Assembly: GCA_964057225.1 (NCBI GenBank)
Contig: CAXKVF010000072.1
Location: 558,001 to 622,000 of the forward strand
Length of the DNA stretch: 64,000 nucleotides
Reading direction: 5' to 3'
Source of the DNA: Auanema rhodensis
Lineage: Eukaryota > Animalia > Nematoda
Shown here: positions 13,501 to 25,121 of the stretch, one piece after another
How the letters are laid out: every line of letters starts with the position of its first letter
Numbering within the stretch: the first letter of the stretch is position 1
Program-made: the position numbers and the translations under genes
Notes under the pieces: model-generated
Databases searched by the model: none
The model's input: the letters and a program-made list of their open reading frames with translations, nothing else
What the model was told of the DNA's origin: nothing

Positions 13501-16500
13501 CACGTGAAGCGAGTTACATACCAAGTGCACATCACGTGTACATTTAATTAGCATAAATTAAAGTTCACGTAAATTTCAAAGTCATGGTTACCATGCACCA
13601 ATATCAATAAAAATTTGTTTTTAGACTAATATGGACATGGGGAATCTAATTTTGAAAACCGCATCTCTTTATCTTTCACGTGAAGCGAGTTACATACCAA
13701 GTGCACAGCACGTGTACATTTAATTAGCATAAATTAAAGTTCACGTAAATTTCAAAGTCATGGTTACCATGAACCAATATCAATAAAAATTTGTTTTTAG
13801 ACTAATATGGACATGGGGAATCTAATTTTGAAAACCGTATCTCTTTATCTTTCACGTAAAGCGAGTTACATACCAAGTGCACATCACGTGTACATTTAAT
13901 TAGCATAAATTAAAGTTCACGTAAATTTCAAAGTCATGGTTACCATGAACCAATGTCAATAAAAATTTGTTTTTAGACTAATATGGACATGGGGAATCTA
14001 ATTTTGAAAACCGCATCTCTTTATCTTTCACGTGAAGCGAGTTACATACCAAGTGCACATCACGTGTACATTTAATTAGCATAAATTAAAGTTCACGTAA
14101 ATTTCAAAGTCATGGTTACCATGAAGCAATATCAATAAAAATTTGTTTTTAGACTAATATGGACATGGGGAATCTAATTTTGAAAACCGCATCTCTTTAT
14201 CTTTCACGTGAAGCGAGTTACATACCAAGTGCACATCACGTGTACATTTAATTAGCATAAATTAAAGTTCACGTAAATTTCAAAGTCATGGTTACCATGA
14301 ACCAATATCAATAAAAATTTGTTTTTAGACTAATATGGACATGGGGAATCTAATTTTGAAAACCGCATCTCTTTATCTTTCACGTGAAGCGAGTTACATA
14401 CCAAGTGCACATCACGTGTACATTTAATTAGCATAAATTAAAGTTCACGTAAATTTCAAAGTCATGGTTACCATGAAGCAATATCAATAAAAATTTGTTT
14501 TTCGACTAATATGGACATGGAGAATCTAATTTTGAAAACCGCATTTCTTTATCTTTCACGTGAAGCGAGTTACATACCAAGTGCACATCACGTGTACATT
14601 TAATTAGCATAAATTAAAGTTCACGTAAATTTCAAAGTCATGGTTACCATGCACCAATATCAATAAAAATTTGTTTTCAGACTAATATGGACATGGGGAA
14701 TCTAATTTTGAAAACCGCATCTCTTTATTTTTCACGTGAAGCGAGTTACATACCAAGTGCACATCACGTGTACATTTAATTAGCATAAATTAAAGTTCAC
14801 GTAAATTTCAAAGTCATGGTTACCATGAACCAATATCAATAAAAATTTGTTTTTAGACTAATATGGACATGGGGAATCTAATTTTGAAAACCGCATCTCT
14901 TTATCTTTCACGTGAAGCGAGTTACATACCAAGTGCACATCACGTGTACATTTAATTAGCATAAATTAAAGTTCACGTAAATTTCAAAGTCATGGTTACC
15001 ATGAACCAATATCAATAAAAATTTGTTTTTAGACTAATATGGACATGGGGAATCTAATTTTGAAAACCGCATCTCTTTATCTTTCACGTGAAGCGAGTTA
15101 CATACCAAGTGCACATCACGTGTACATTTAATTAGCATAAATTAAAGTTCACGTAAATTTCAAAGTCATGGTTACCATGAACCAATATCAATAAAAATTT
15201 GTTTTTAGACTAATATGGACATGGGGAATCTAATTTTGAAAACCGCATTTCTTTATCTTTCACGTGAAGCGAGTTACATACCAAGTGCACATCACGTGTA
15301 CATTTAATTAGCATAAATTAAAGTTCACGTAAATTTCAAAGTCATGGTTACCATGCACCAATATCAATAAAAATTTGTTTTTAGACTAATATGGACATGG
15401 GGAATCTAATTTTGAAAACCGCATCTCTTTATCTTTCACGTGAAGCGAGTTACATACCAAGTGCACATCACGTGTACATTTAATTAGCATAAATTAAAGT
15501 TCACGTAAATTTCAAAGTCATGGTTACAATGAACCAATATCAATAAAAATTTGTTTTTAGACTAATATGGACATGGGGAATCTAATTTTGAAAACCGCAT
15601 CTCTTTCTCTTTCACGTGAAGCGAGTTACATACCAAGTGCACATCACGTGTACATTTAATTAGCATAAATTAAAGTTCACGTAAATTTCAAAGTCATGGT
15701 TACCATGAACCAATATCAATAAAAATTTGTTTTTAGACTAATATGGACATGGGGAATCTAATTTTGAAAACCGCATCTCTTTATCTTTCACGTGAAGCGA
15801 GTTACATACCAAGTGCACATCACGTGTACATTTAATTAGCATAAATTAAAGTTCACGTAAAGTTCAAAGTCATGGTTACCATGAACCAATATCAATAAAA
15901 ATTTGTTTTTAGACTAATATGGACATGGGGAATCTAATTTTGAAAACCGCATTTCTTTATCTTTCACGTGAAGCGAGTTACATACCAAGTGCACATCACG
16001 TGTACATTTAATTAGCATAAATTAAAGTTCACGTAAATTTCAAAGTCATGGTTACCATGCACCAATATCAATAAAAATTTGTTTTTAGACTAATATGGAC
16101 ATGGGGAATCTAATTTTGAAAACCGCATCTCTTTATCTTTCACGTGAAGCGAGTTACATACCAAGTGCACATCACGTGTACATTTAATTAGCATAAATTA
16201 AAGTTCACGTAAATTTCAAAGTCATGGTTACAATGAACCAATATCAATAAAAATTTGTTTTTAGACTAATATGGACATGGGGAATCTAATTTTGAAAACC
16301 GCATCTCTTTATCTTTCACGTGAAGCGAGTTACATACCAAGTGCACATCACGTGTACATTTAATTAGCATAAATTAAAGTTCACGTAAATTTCAAAGTCA
16401 TGGTTACCATGAACCAATATCAATAAAAATTTGTTTTTAGACTAATATGGACATGGGGAATCTAATTTTGAAAACCGCATCTCTTTATCTTTCACGTGAA

Positions 16501-19500
16501 GCGAGTTACATACCAAGTGCACATCACGTGTAAATTTAATTAGCATAAATTAAAGTTCACGTAAATTTCAAAGTCATGGTTACCATGAACCAATATCAAT
16601 AAAAATTTGTTTTTAGACTAATATGGACATGGGGAATCTAATTTTGGAAACCGCATCTCTTTATCTTTCAAGTGAAGCGAGTTACATACCAAGTGCACAT
16701 CACGTGTACATTTAATTAGCATAAATTAAAGTTCACGTAAATTTCAAAGTCATGGTTACCATGAACCAATATCAATAAAAATTTGTTTTTAGACTAATAT
16801 GGACATGGGGAATCTAATTTTGAAAACCGCATCTCTTTATCTTTCACGTGAAGCGAGTTACATACCAAGTGCACATCACGTGTACATTTAATTAGCATAA
16901 ATTAAAGTTCACGTAAACTTCAAAGTCATGGTTACCATGAAGCAATATCAATAAAAATTTGTTTTTAGACTAATATGGACATGGGGAATCTAATTTTGAA
17001 AACCGCATCTCTTTATCTTTCACGTGAAGCGAGTTACATACCAAGTGCACATCACGTGTACATTTAATTAGCATAAATTAAAGTTCACGTAAATTTCAAA
17101 GTCATGGTTACCATGAACCAATATCAATAAAAATTTGTTTTTAGACTAATATGGACATGGGGAATCTAATTTTGAAAACCGCATCTCTTTATCTTTCACG
17201 TGAAGCGAGTTACATACCAAGTGCACATCACGTGTAAATTTAATTAGCATAAATTAAAGTTCACGTAAATTTCAAAGTCATGGTTACCATGAACCAATAT
17301 CAATAAAAATTTGTTTTTAGACTAATATGGACATGGGGAATCTAATTTTGAAAACCGCATCTCTTTATCTTTCACGTGAAGCGAGTTACATACCAAGTGC
17401 ACATCACGTGTACATTTAATTAGCATAAATTAAAGTTCACGTAAATTTCAAAGTCATGGTTACCATGAACCAATATCAATAAAAATTTGTTTTTAGACTA
17501 ATATGGACATGGGGAATCTAATTTTGAAAACCGCATCTCTTTATCTTTCACGTGAAGCGAGTTACATACCAAGTGCACATCACGTGTACATTTAATTAGC
17601 ATAAATTAAAGTTCACGTAAATTTCAAAGTCATGGTTACCATGAACCAATATCAATAAAAATTTGTTTTTAGACTAATATGGACATGGGGAATCTAATTT
17701 TGAAAACCGCATCTCTTTATCTTTCACGTGAAGCGAGTTACATACCAAGTGCACATCACGTGTACATTTAATTAGCATAAATTAAAGTTCACGTAAATTT
17801 CAAAGTCATGGTTACCATGAACCAATATCAATAAAAATTTGTTTTTAGACTAATATGGACATGGGGAATCTAATTTTGAAAACCGCATTTCTTTATCTTT
17901 CACGTGAAGCGAGTTACATACCAAGTGCACATCACGTGTACATTTAATTAGCATAAATTAAAGTTCACGTAAATTTCAAAGTCATGGTTACCATGAAGCA
18001 ATATCAATAAAAATTTGTTTTTAGACTAATATGGACATGGGGAATCTAATTTTGAAAACCGCATATCTTTATCTTTCACGTGAAGCGAGTTACATACCAA
18101 GTGCACATCACGTGTACATTTAATTAGCATAAATTAAAGTTCACGTAAATTTTAAAGTCATGGTTACCATGAAGCAATATCAATAAAAATTTGTTTTTAG
18201 ACTAATATGGACATGGGGAATCTAATTTTGAAAACCGCATCTCTTTATCTTTCACGTGAAGCGAGTTACATACCAAGTGCACATCACGTGTACATTTAAT
18301 TAGCATAAATTAAAGTTCACGTAAATTTCAAAGTCATGGTTACCATGAACCAATATCAATAAAAATTTGTTTTTAGACTAATATGGACATGGGGAATCTA
18401 ATTTTGAAAACCGCATCTCTTTATCTTTCACGTGAAGCGAGTTACATACCAAGTGCACATCACGTGTACATTTAATTAGCATAAATTAAAGTTCACGTAA
18501 ATTTCAAAGTCATGGTTACCATGCACCAATATCAATAAAAATTTGTTTTTAGACTAATATGGACATGGGGAATCTAATTTTGAAAACCGCATCTCTTTAT
18601 CTTTCACGTGAAGCGAGTTACATACCAAGTGCACATCACGTGTACATTTAATTAGCATAAATTTAAGTTCACGTAAATTTCAAAGTCATGGTTACCATGC
18701 ACCAATATCAATAAAAATTTGTTTTTAGACTAATATGGACATGGGGGATCTAATTTCGAAAACCGCATCTCTTTATCTTTCACGTGAAGCGAGTTACATA
18801 CCAAGTGCACATCACGTGTACATTTAATTAGCATAAATTAAAGTTCACGTAAATTTCAAAGTCATGGTTACCATGAACCAATATCAATAAAAATTTGTTT
18901 TTAGACTAATATGGACATGGGTAATCTAATTTTGAAAACCGCATCTCTTTATCTTTCACGTGAAGCGAGTTACATACCAAGTGCACATCACGTGTACATT
19001 TAATTAGCATAAATTAAAGTTCACGTAAATTTCAAAGTCATGGTTACCATGCACCAATATCAATAAAAATTTGTTTTTAGACTAATATGGACATGGGGAA
19101 TCTAATTTTGAAAACCGCATCTCTTTATCTTTCACGTGAAGCGAGTTACATACCAAGTGCACATCACGTGTACATTTAATTAGCATAAATTAAAGTTCAC
19201 GTAAATTTCAAAGTCATGGTTACCATGCACCAATATCAATAAAAATTTGTTTTTAGACTAATATGGACATGGGGAATCTAATTTTGAAAACCGCATCTCT
19301 TTATCTTTCACGTGAAGCGAGTTACATACCAAGTGCACAGCACGTGTACATTTAATTAGCATAAATTAAAGTTCACGTAAATTTCAAAGTCATGGTTACC
19401 ATGAACCAATATCAATAAAAATTTGTTTTTAGACTAATATGGACATGGGGAATCTAATTTTGAAAACCGTATCTCTTTATCTTTCACGTGAAGCGAGTTA

Positions 19501-20416
19501 CATACCAAGTGCACATCACGTGTACATTTAATTAGCATAAATTAAAGTTCACGTAAATTTCAAAGTCATGGTTACCATGAACCAATGTCAATAAAAATTT
19601 GTTTTTAGACTAATATGGACATGGGGAATCTAATTTTGAAAACCGCATCTCTTTATCTTTCACGTGAAGCGAGTTACATACCAAGTGCACATCACGTGTA
19701 CATTTAATTAGCATAAATTAAAGTTCACGTAAATTTCAAAGTCATGGTTACCATGAAGCAATATCAATAAAAATTTGTTTTTAGACTAATATGGACATGG
19801 GGAATCTAATTTTGAAAACCGCATCTCTTTATCTTTCACGTGAAGCGAGTTACATACCAAGTGCACATCACGTGTACATTTAATTAGCATAAATTAAAGT
19901 TCACGTAAATTTCAAAGTCATGGTTACCATGAACCAATATCAATAAAAATTTGTTTTTAGACTAATATGGACATGGGGAATCTAATTTTGAAAACCGCAT
20001 CTCTTTATCTTTCACGTGAAGCGAGTTACATACCAAGTGCACATCACGTGTACATTTAATTAGCATAAATTAAAGTTCACGTAAATTTCAAAGTCATGGT
20101 TACCATGAAGCAATATCAATAAAAATTTGTTTTTCGACTAATATGGACATGGAGAATCTAATTTTGAAAACCGCATTTCTTTATCTTTCACGTGAAGCGA
20201 GTTACATACCAAGTGCACATCACGTGTACATTTAATTAGCATAAATTAAAGTTCACGTAAATTTCAAAGTCATGGTTACCATGCACCAATATCAATAAAA
20301 ATTTGTTTTTAGACTAATATGGACATGGGGAATCTAATTTTGAAAACCGCATCTCTTTATTTTTCACGTGAAGCGAGTTACATACCAAGTGCACATCACG
20401 TGTACATTTAATTAGC
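9329..20416. repeat. Near-tandem duplication with a 32-monomer (5632 bp) offset: 9329-14784 vs 14961-20416
   Basis: Rare variants pair at exactly 5632 bp: AAACTTC 11286/16918, GCATATC 12433/18065, GGGGGATC..TTTCG 13111/18743, and the CGACT-GGAG monomer 14433/20065. I noticed only about 3 differences between copies (near 13858, 14678, 15862). Confidence 0.92.
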
Positions 20417-22352
20417 ATAAATTAAAGTTCACGTAAATTTCAAAGTCATGGTTACCATGAAGCAATATCAATAAAAATTTGTTTTTAGACTAATATGGAC
20501 ATGGGGAATCTAATTTTGAAAACCGCATCTCTTTATCTTTCACGTGAAGCGAGTTACATACCAAGTGCACATCACGTGTACATTTAATTAGCATAAATTA
20601 AAGTTCACGTAAATTTTAAAGTCATGGTTACCATGAACCAATATCAATAAAAATTTGTTTTTAGACTAATATGGACATGGGGAATCTAATTTTGAAAACC
20701 GCATCTCTTTATCTTTCACGTGAAGCGAGTTACATACCAAGTGCACATCACGTGTACATTTAATTAGCATAAATTAAAGTTCACGTAAATTTCAAAGTCA
20801 TGGTTACCATGAAGCAATATCAATAAAAATTTGTTTTTAGACTAATATGGACATGGGGAATCTAATTTTGAAAACCGCATCTCTTTATCTTTCACGTGAA
20901 GCGAGTTACATACCAAATGCACAGCACGTGTACATTTAATTAGCATAAATTAAAGTTCACGTAAATTTCAAAGTCATGGTTACCATGAACCAATATCAAT
21001 AAAAATTTGTTTTTAGACTAATATGGACATGGGGAATCTAATTTTGAAAACCGTATCTCTTTATCTTTCACGTGAAGCGAGTTACATACCAAGTGCACAT
21101 CACGTGTACATTTAATTAGCATAAATTAAAGTTCACGTAAATTTCAAAGTCATGGTTACCATGAACCAATGTCAATAAAAATTTGTTTTTAGACTAATAT
21201 GGACATGGGGAATCTAATTTTGAAAACCGCATCTCTTTATCTTTCACGTGAAGCGAGTTACATACCAAGTGCACATCACGTGTACATTTAATTAGCATAA
21301 ATTAAAGTTCACGTAAATTTCAAAGTCATGGTTACCATGAAGCAATATCAATAAAAATTTGTTTTTAGACTAATATGGACATGGGGAATCTAATTTTGAA
21401 AACCGCATCTCTTTATCTTTCACGTGAAGCGAGTTACATACCAAGTGCACATCACGTGTACATTTAATTAGCATAAATTAAAGTTCACGTAAATTTCAAA
21501 GTCATGGTTACCATGAACCAATATCAATAAAAATTTGTTTTTAGACTAATATGGACATGGGGAATCTAATTTTGAAAACCGCATCTCTTTATCTTTCACG
21601 TGAAGCGAGTTACATACCAAGTGCACATCACGTGTACATTTAATTAGCATAAATTAAAGTTCACGTAAATTTCAAAGTCATGGTTACCATGAAGCAATAT
21701 CAATAAAAATTTGTTTTTCGACTAATATGGACATGGAGAATCTAATTTTGAAAACCGCATTTCTTTATCTTTCACGTGAAGCGAGTTACATACCAAGTGC
21801 ACATCACGTGTACATTTAATTAGCATAAATTAAAGTTCACGTAAATTTCAAAGTCATGGTTACCATGCACCAATATCAATAAAAATTTGTTTTTAGACTA
21901 ATATGGACATGGGGAATCTAATTTTGAAAACCGCATCTCTTTATTTTTCACGTGAAGCGAGTTACATACCAAGTGCACATCACGTGTACATTTAATTAGC
22001 ATAAATTAAAGTTCACGTAAATTTCAAAGTCATGGTTACCATGAAGCAATATCAATAAAAATTTGTTTTTAGACTAATATGGACATGGGGAATCTAATTT
22101 TGAAAACCGCATCTCTTTATCTTTCACGTGAAGCGAGTTACATACCAAGTGCACATCACGTGTACATTTAATTAGCATAAATTAAAGTTCACGTAAATTT
22201 TAAAGTCATGGTTACCATGAACCAATATCAATAAAAATTTGTTTTTAGACTAATATGGACATGGGGAATCTAATTTTGAAAACCGCATCTCTTTATCTTT
22301 CACGTGAAGCGAGTTACATACCAAGTGCACATCACGTGTACATTTAATTAGC
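19185..22352. repeat. 9-monomer (1584 bp) tandem duplication; boundaries approximate
   Basis: CACAGCAC at 19340/20924 and TTCGACT at 20135/21719, with CCGTAT, CAATGTC and TTATTTT variants at the same offset. Confidence 0.85.
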
Positions 22353-24973
22353 ATAAATTAAAGTTCACGTAAATTTCAAAGTCATGGTTACCATGAACCA
22401 ATGTCAATAAAAATTTGTTTTTAGACTAATATGGACATGGGGAATCTAATTTTGAAAACCGCATCTCTTTATCTTTCACGTGAAGCGAGTTACATACCAA
22501 GTGCACATCACGTGTACATTTAATTAGCATAAATTAAAGTTCACGTAAATTTCAAAGTCATGGTTACCATGAAGCAATATCAATAAAAATTTGTTTTTAG
22601 ACTAATATGGACATGGGGAATCTAATTTTGAAAACCGCATCTCTTTATCTTTCACGTGAAGCGAGTTACATACCAAGTGCACATCACGTGTACATTTAAT
22701 TAGCATAAATTAAAGTTCACGTAAATTTCAAAGTCATGGTTACCATGAACCAATATCAATAAAAATTTGTTTTTAGACTAATATGGACATGGGGAATCTA
22801 ATTTTGAAAACCGCATCTCTTTATCTTTCACGTGAAGCGAGTTACATACCAAGTGCACATCACGTGTACATTTAATTAGCATAAATTAAAGTTCACGTAA
22901 ATTTCAAAGTCATGGTTACCATGAAGCAATATCAATAAAAATTTGTTTTTCGACTAATATGGACATGGAGAATCTAATTTTGAAAACCGCATTTCTTTAT
23001 CTTTCACGTGAAGCGAGTTACATACCAAGTGCACATCACGTGTACATTTAATTAGCATAAATTAAAGTTCACGTAAATTTCAAAGTCATGGTTACCATGC
23101 ACCAATATCAATAAAAATTTGTTTTTAGACTAATATGGACATGGGGAATCTAATTTTGAAAACCGCATCTCTTTATCTTTCACGTGAAGCGAGTTACATA
23201 CCAAGTGCACATCACGTGTACATTTAATTAGCATAAATTAAAGTTCACGTAAAGTTCAAAGTCATGGTTACCATGAAGCAATATCAATAAAAATTTGTTT
23301 TTAGACTAATATGGACATGGGGAATCTAATTTTGAAAACCGCATCTCTTTATCTTTCACGTGAAGCGAGTTACATACCAAGTGCACATCACGTGTACATT
23401 TAATTAGCATAAATTAAAGTTCACGTAAATTTCAAAGTCATGGTTACCATGAACCAATATCAATAAAAATTTGTTTTTAGACTAATATGGACATGGGGAA
23501 TCTAATTTTGAAAACCGCATCTCTTTATCTTTCACGTGAAGCGAGTTACATACCAAGTGCACATCACGTGTACATTTAATTAGCATAAATTAAAGTTCAC
23601 GTAAATTTCAAAGTCATGGTTACCATGAACCAATATCAATAAAAATTTGTTTTTAGACTAATATGGACATGGGGAATCTAATTTTGAAAACCGCATCTCT
23701 TTATCTTTCACGTGAAGCGAGTTACATACCAAGTGCACATCACGTGTACATTTAATTATCATAAATTAAAGTTCACGTAAATTTCAAAGTCATGGTTACC
23801 ATGAACCAATATCAATAAAAATTTGTTTTTAGACTAATATGGACATGGGGAATCTAATTTTGAAAACCGCATCTCTTTATCTTTCACGTGAAGCGAGTTA
23901 CATACCAAGTGCACATCACGTGTACATTTAATTAGCATAAATTAAAGTTCACGTAAATTTCAAAGTCATGGTTACCATGAACCAATATCAATAAAAATTT
24001 GTTTTTAGACTAATATGGACATGGGGAATCTAATTTTGAAAACCGCATCTCTTTATCTTTCACGTGAAGCGAGTTACATACCAAGTGCACATCACGTGTA
24101 CATTTAATTAGCATAAATTAAAGTTCACGTAAATTTCAAAGTCATGGTTACCATGAAGCAATATCAATAAAAATTTGTTTTTCGACTAATATGGACATGG
24201 AGAATCTAATTTTGAAAACCGCATTTCTTTATCTTTCACGTGAAGCGAGTTACATACCAAGTGCACATCACGTGTACATTTAATTAGCATAAATTAAAGT
24301 TCACGTAAATTTCAAAGTCATGGTTACCATGCACCAATATCAATAAAAATTTGTTTTTAGACTAATATGGACATGGGGAATCTAATTTTGAAAACCGCAT
24401 CTCTTTATCTTTCACGTGAAGCGAGTTACATACCAAGTGCACATCACGTGTACATTTAATTAGCATAAATTAAAGTTCACGTAAAGTTCAAAGTCATGGT
24501 TACCATGAAGCAATATCAATAAAAATTTGTTTTTAGACTAATATGGACATGGGGAATCTAATTTTGAAAACCGCATCTCTTTATCTTTCACGTGAAGCGA
24601 GTTACATACCAAGTGCACATCACGTGTACATTTAATTAGCATAAATTAAAGTTCACGTAAATTTTAAAGTCATGGTTACCATGAACCAATATCAATAAAA
24701 ATTTGTTTTTAGACTAATATGGACATGGGGAATCTAATTTTGAAAACCGCATCTCTTTATCTTTCACGTGAAGCGAGTTACATACCAAGTGCACATCACG
24801 TGTACATTTAATTAGCATAAATTAAAGTTCACGTAAATTTCAAAGTCATGGTTACCATGAACCAATATCAATAAAAATTTGTTTTTAGACTAATATGGAC
24901 ATGGGGAATCTAATTTTGAAAACCGCATCTCTTTATCTTTCACGTGAAGCGAGTTACATACCAAGTGCACATC

Positions 24974-24977
24974 ACGT
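24974..24977. repeat. Left copy of ACGT target-site duplication
   Basis: ACGT immediately precedes the foreign sequence; all uninterrupted monomers have a single ACGT at this position. Confidence 0.9.
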
Positions 24978-25117
24978 ACTCGTTTCTTTACATATATCAA
25001 GCCAATTATTATTATGTATGTTTGTATTGTAAGGTTCTTCTGTATATCTTTAATTTTCTCTAATTATTAACACTATTTCCGCTCTTAACCTGTGATTCGA
25101 ACAATAAACCCGTTCAA
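24978..25117 (+). mobile_element. 140-bp non-satellite insertion with 4-bp target-site duplication (ACGT); probable retroelement-derived fragment (5'-truncated non-LTR 3' end, or atypical solo LTR), family unidentified
   Basis: The normal site reads GCACATC-ACGT-GTACATTT. Here it reads GCACATC-ACGT-[ACTCGTTTCTTTAC...ACAATAAACCCGTTCAA]-ACGT-GTACATTT. The monomer register shifts by exactly 144 bp (next monomer expected at 24993, seen at 25137), which equals 140+4. The insert is about 29% GC and T-rich on the + strand, with AATAAA at 25103-25108. It has no TIRs, no TG..CA termini and no poly(A) tail. The insertion itself is certain; mobile-element origin and strand are inferred. Confidence 0.7.
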
Positions 25118-25121
25118 ACGT
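25118..25121. repeat. Right copy of ACGT target-site duplication
   Basis: ACGT immediately follows the foreign sequence and continues into GTACATTTAATT with no satellite bases lost. Confidence 0.9.

Noticed and set aside
24895-25032. The monomer ORF reads through into the insertion (…AHHVLVSLHISSQLLLCMFVL*)
   Set aside because: It is a chance fusion of 45 codons; the hydrophobic tail only reflects the T-rich insert.
24977-25116. Alternative boundary giving TA…CA ends (solo-LTR-like)
   Set aside because: It needs a mismatched TSD (CACG/AACG) and the ends are not inverted repeats; the perfect ACGT duplication is more parsimonious.
24974-25121. Net insert length of 144 bp is close to the nucleosome core length
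   Set aside because: It is a single event and it breaks the 176-bp register, so nothing distinguishes it from coincidence.
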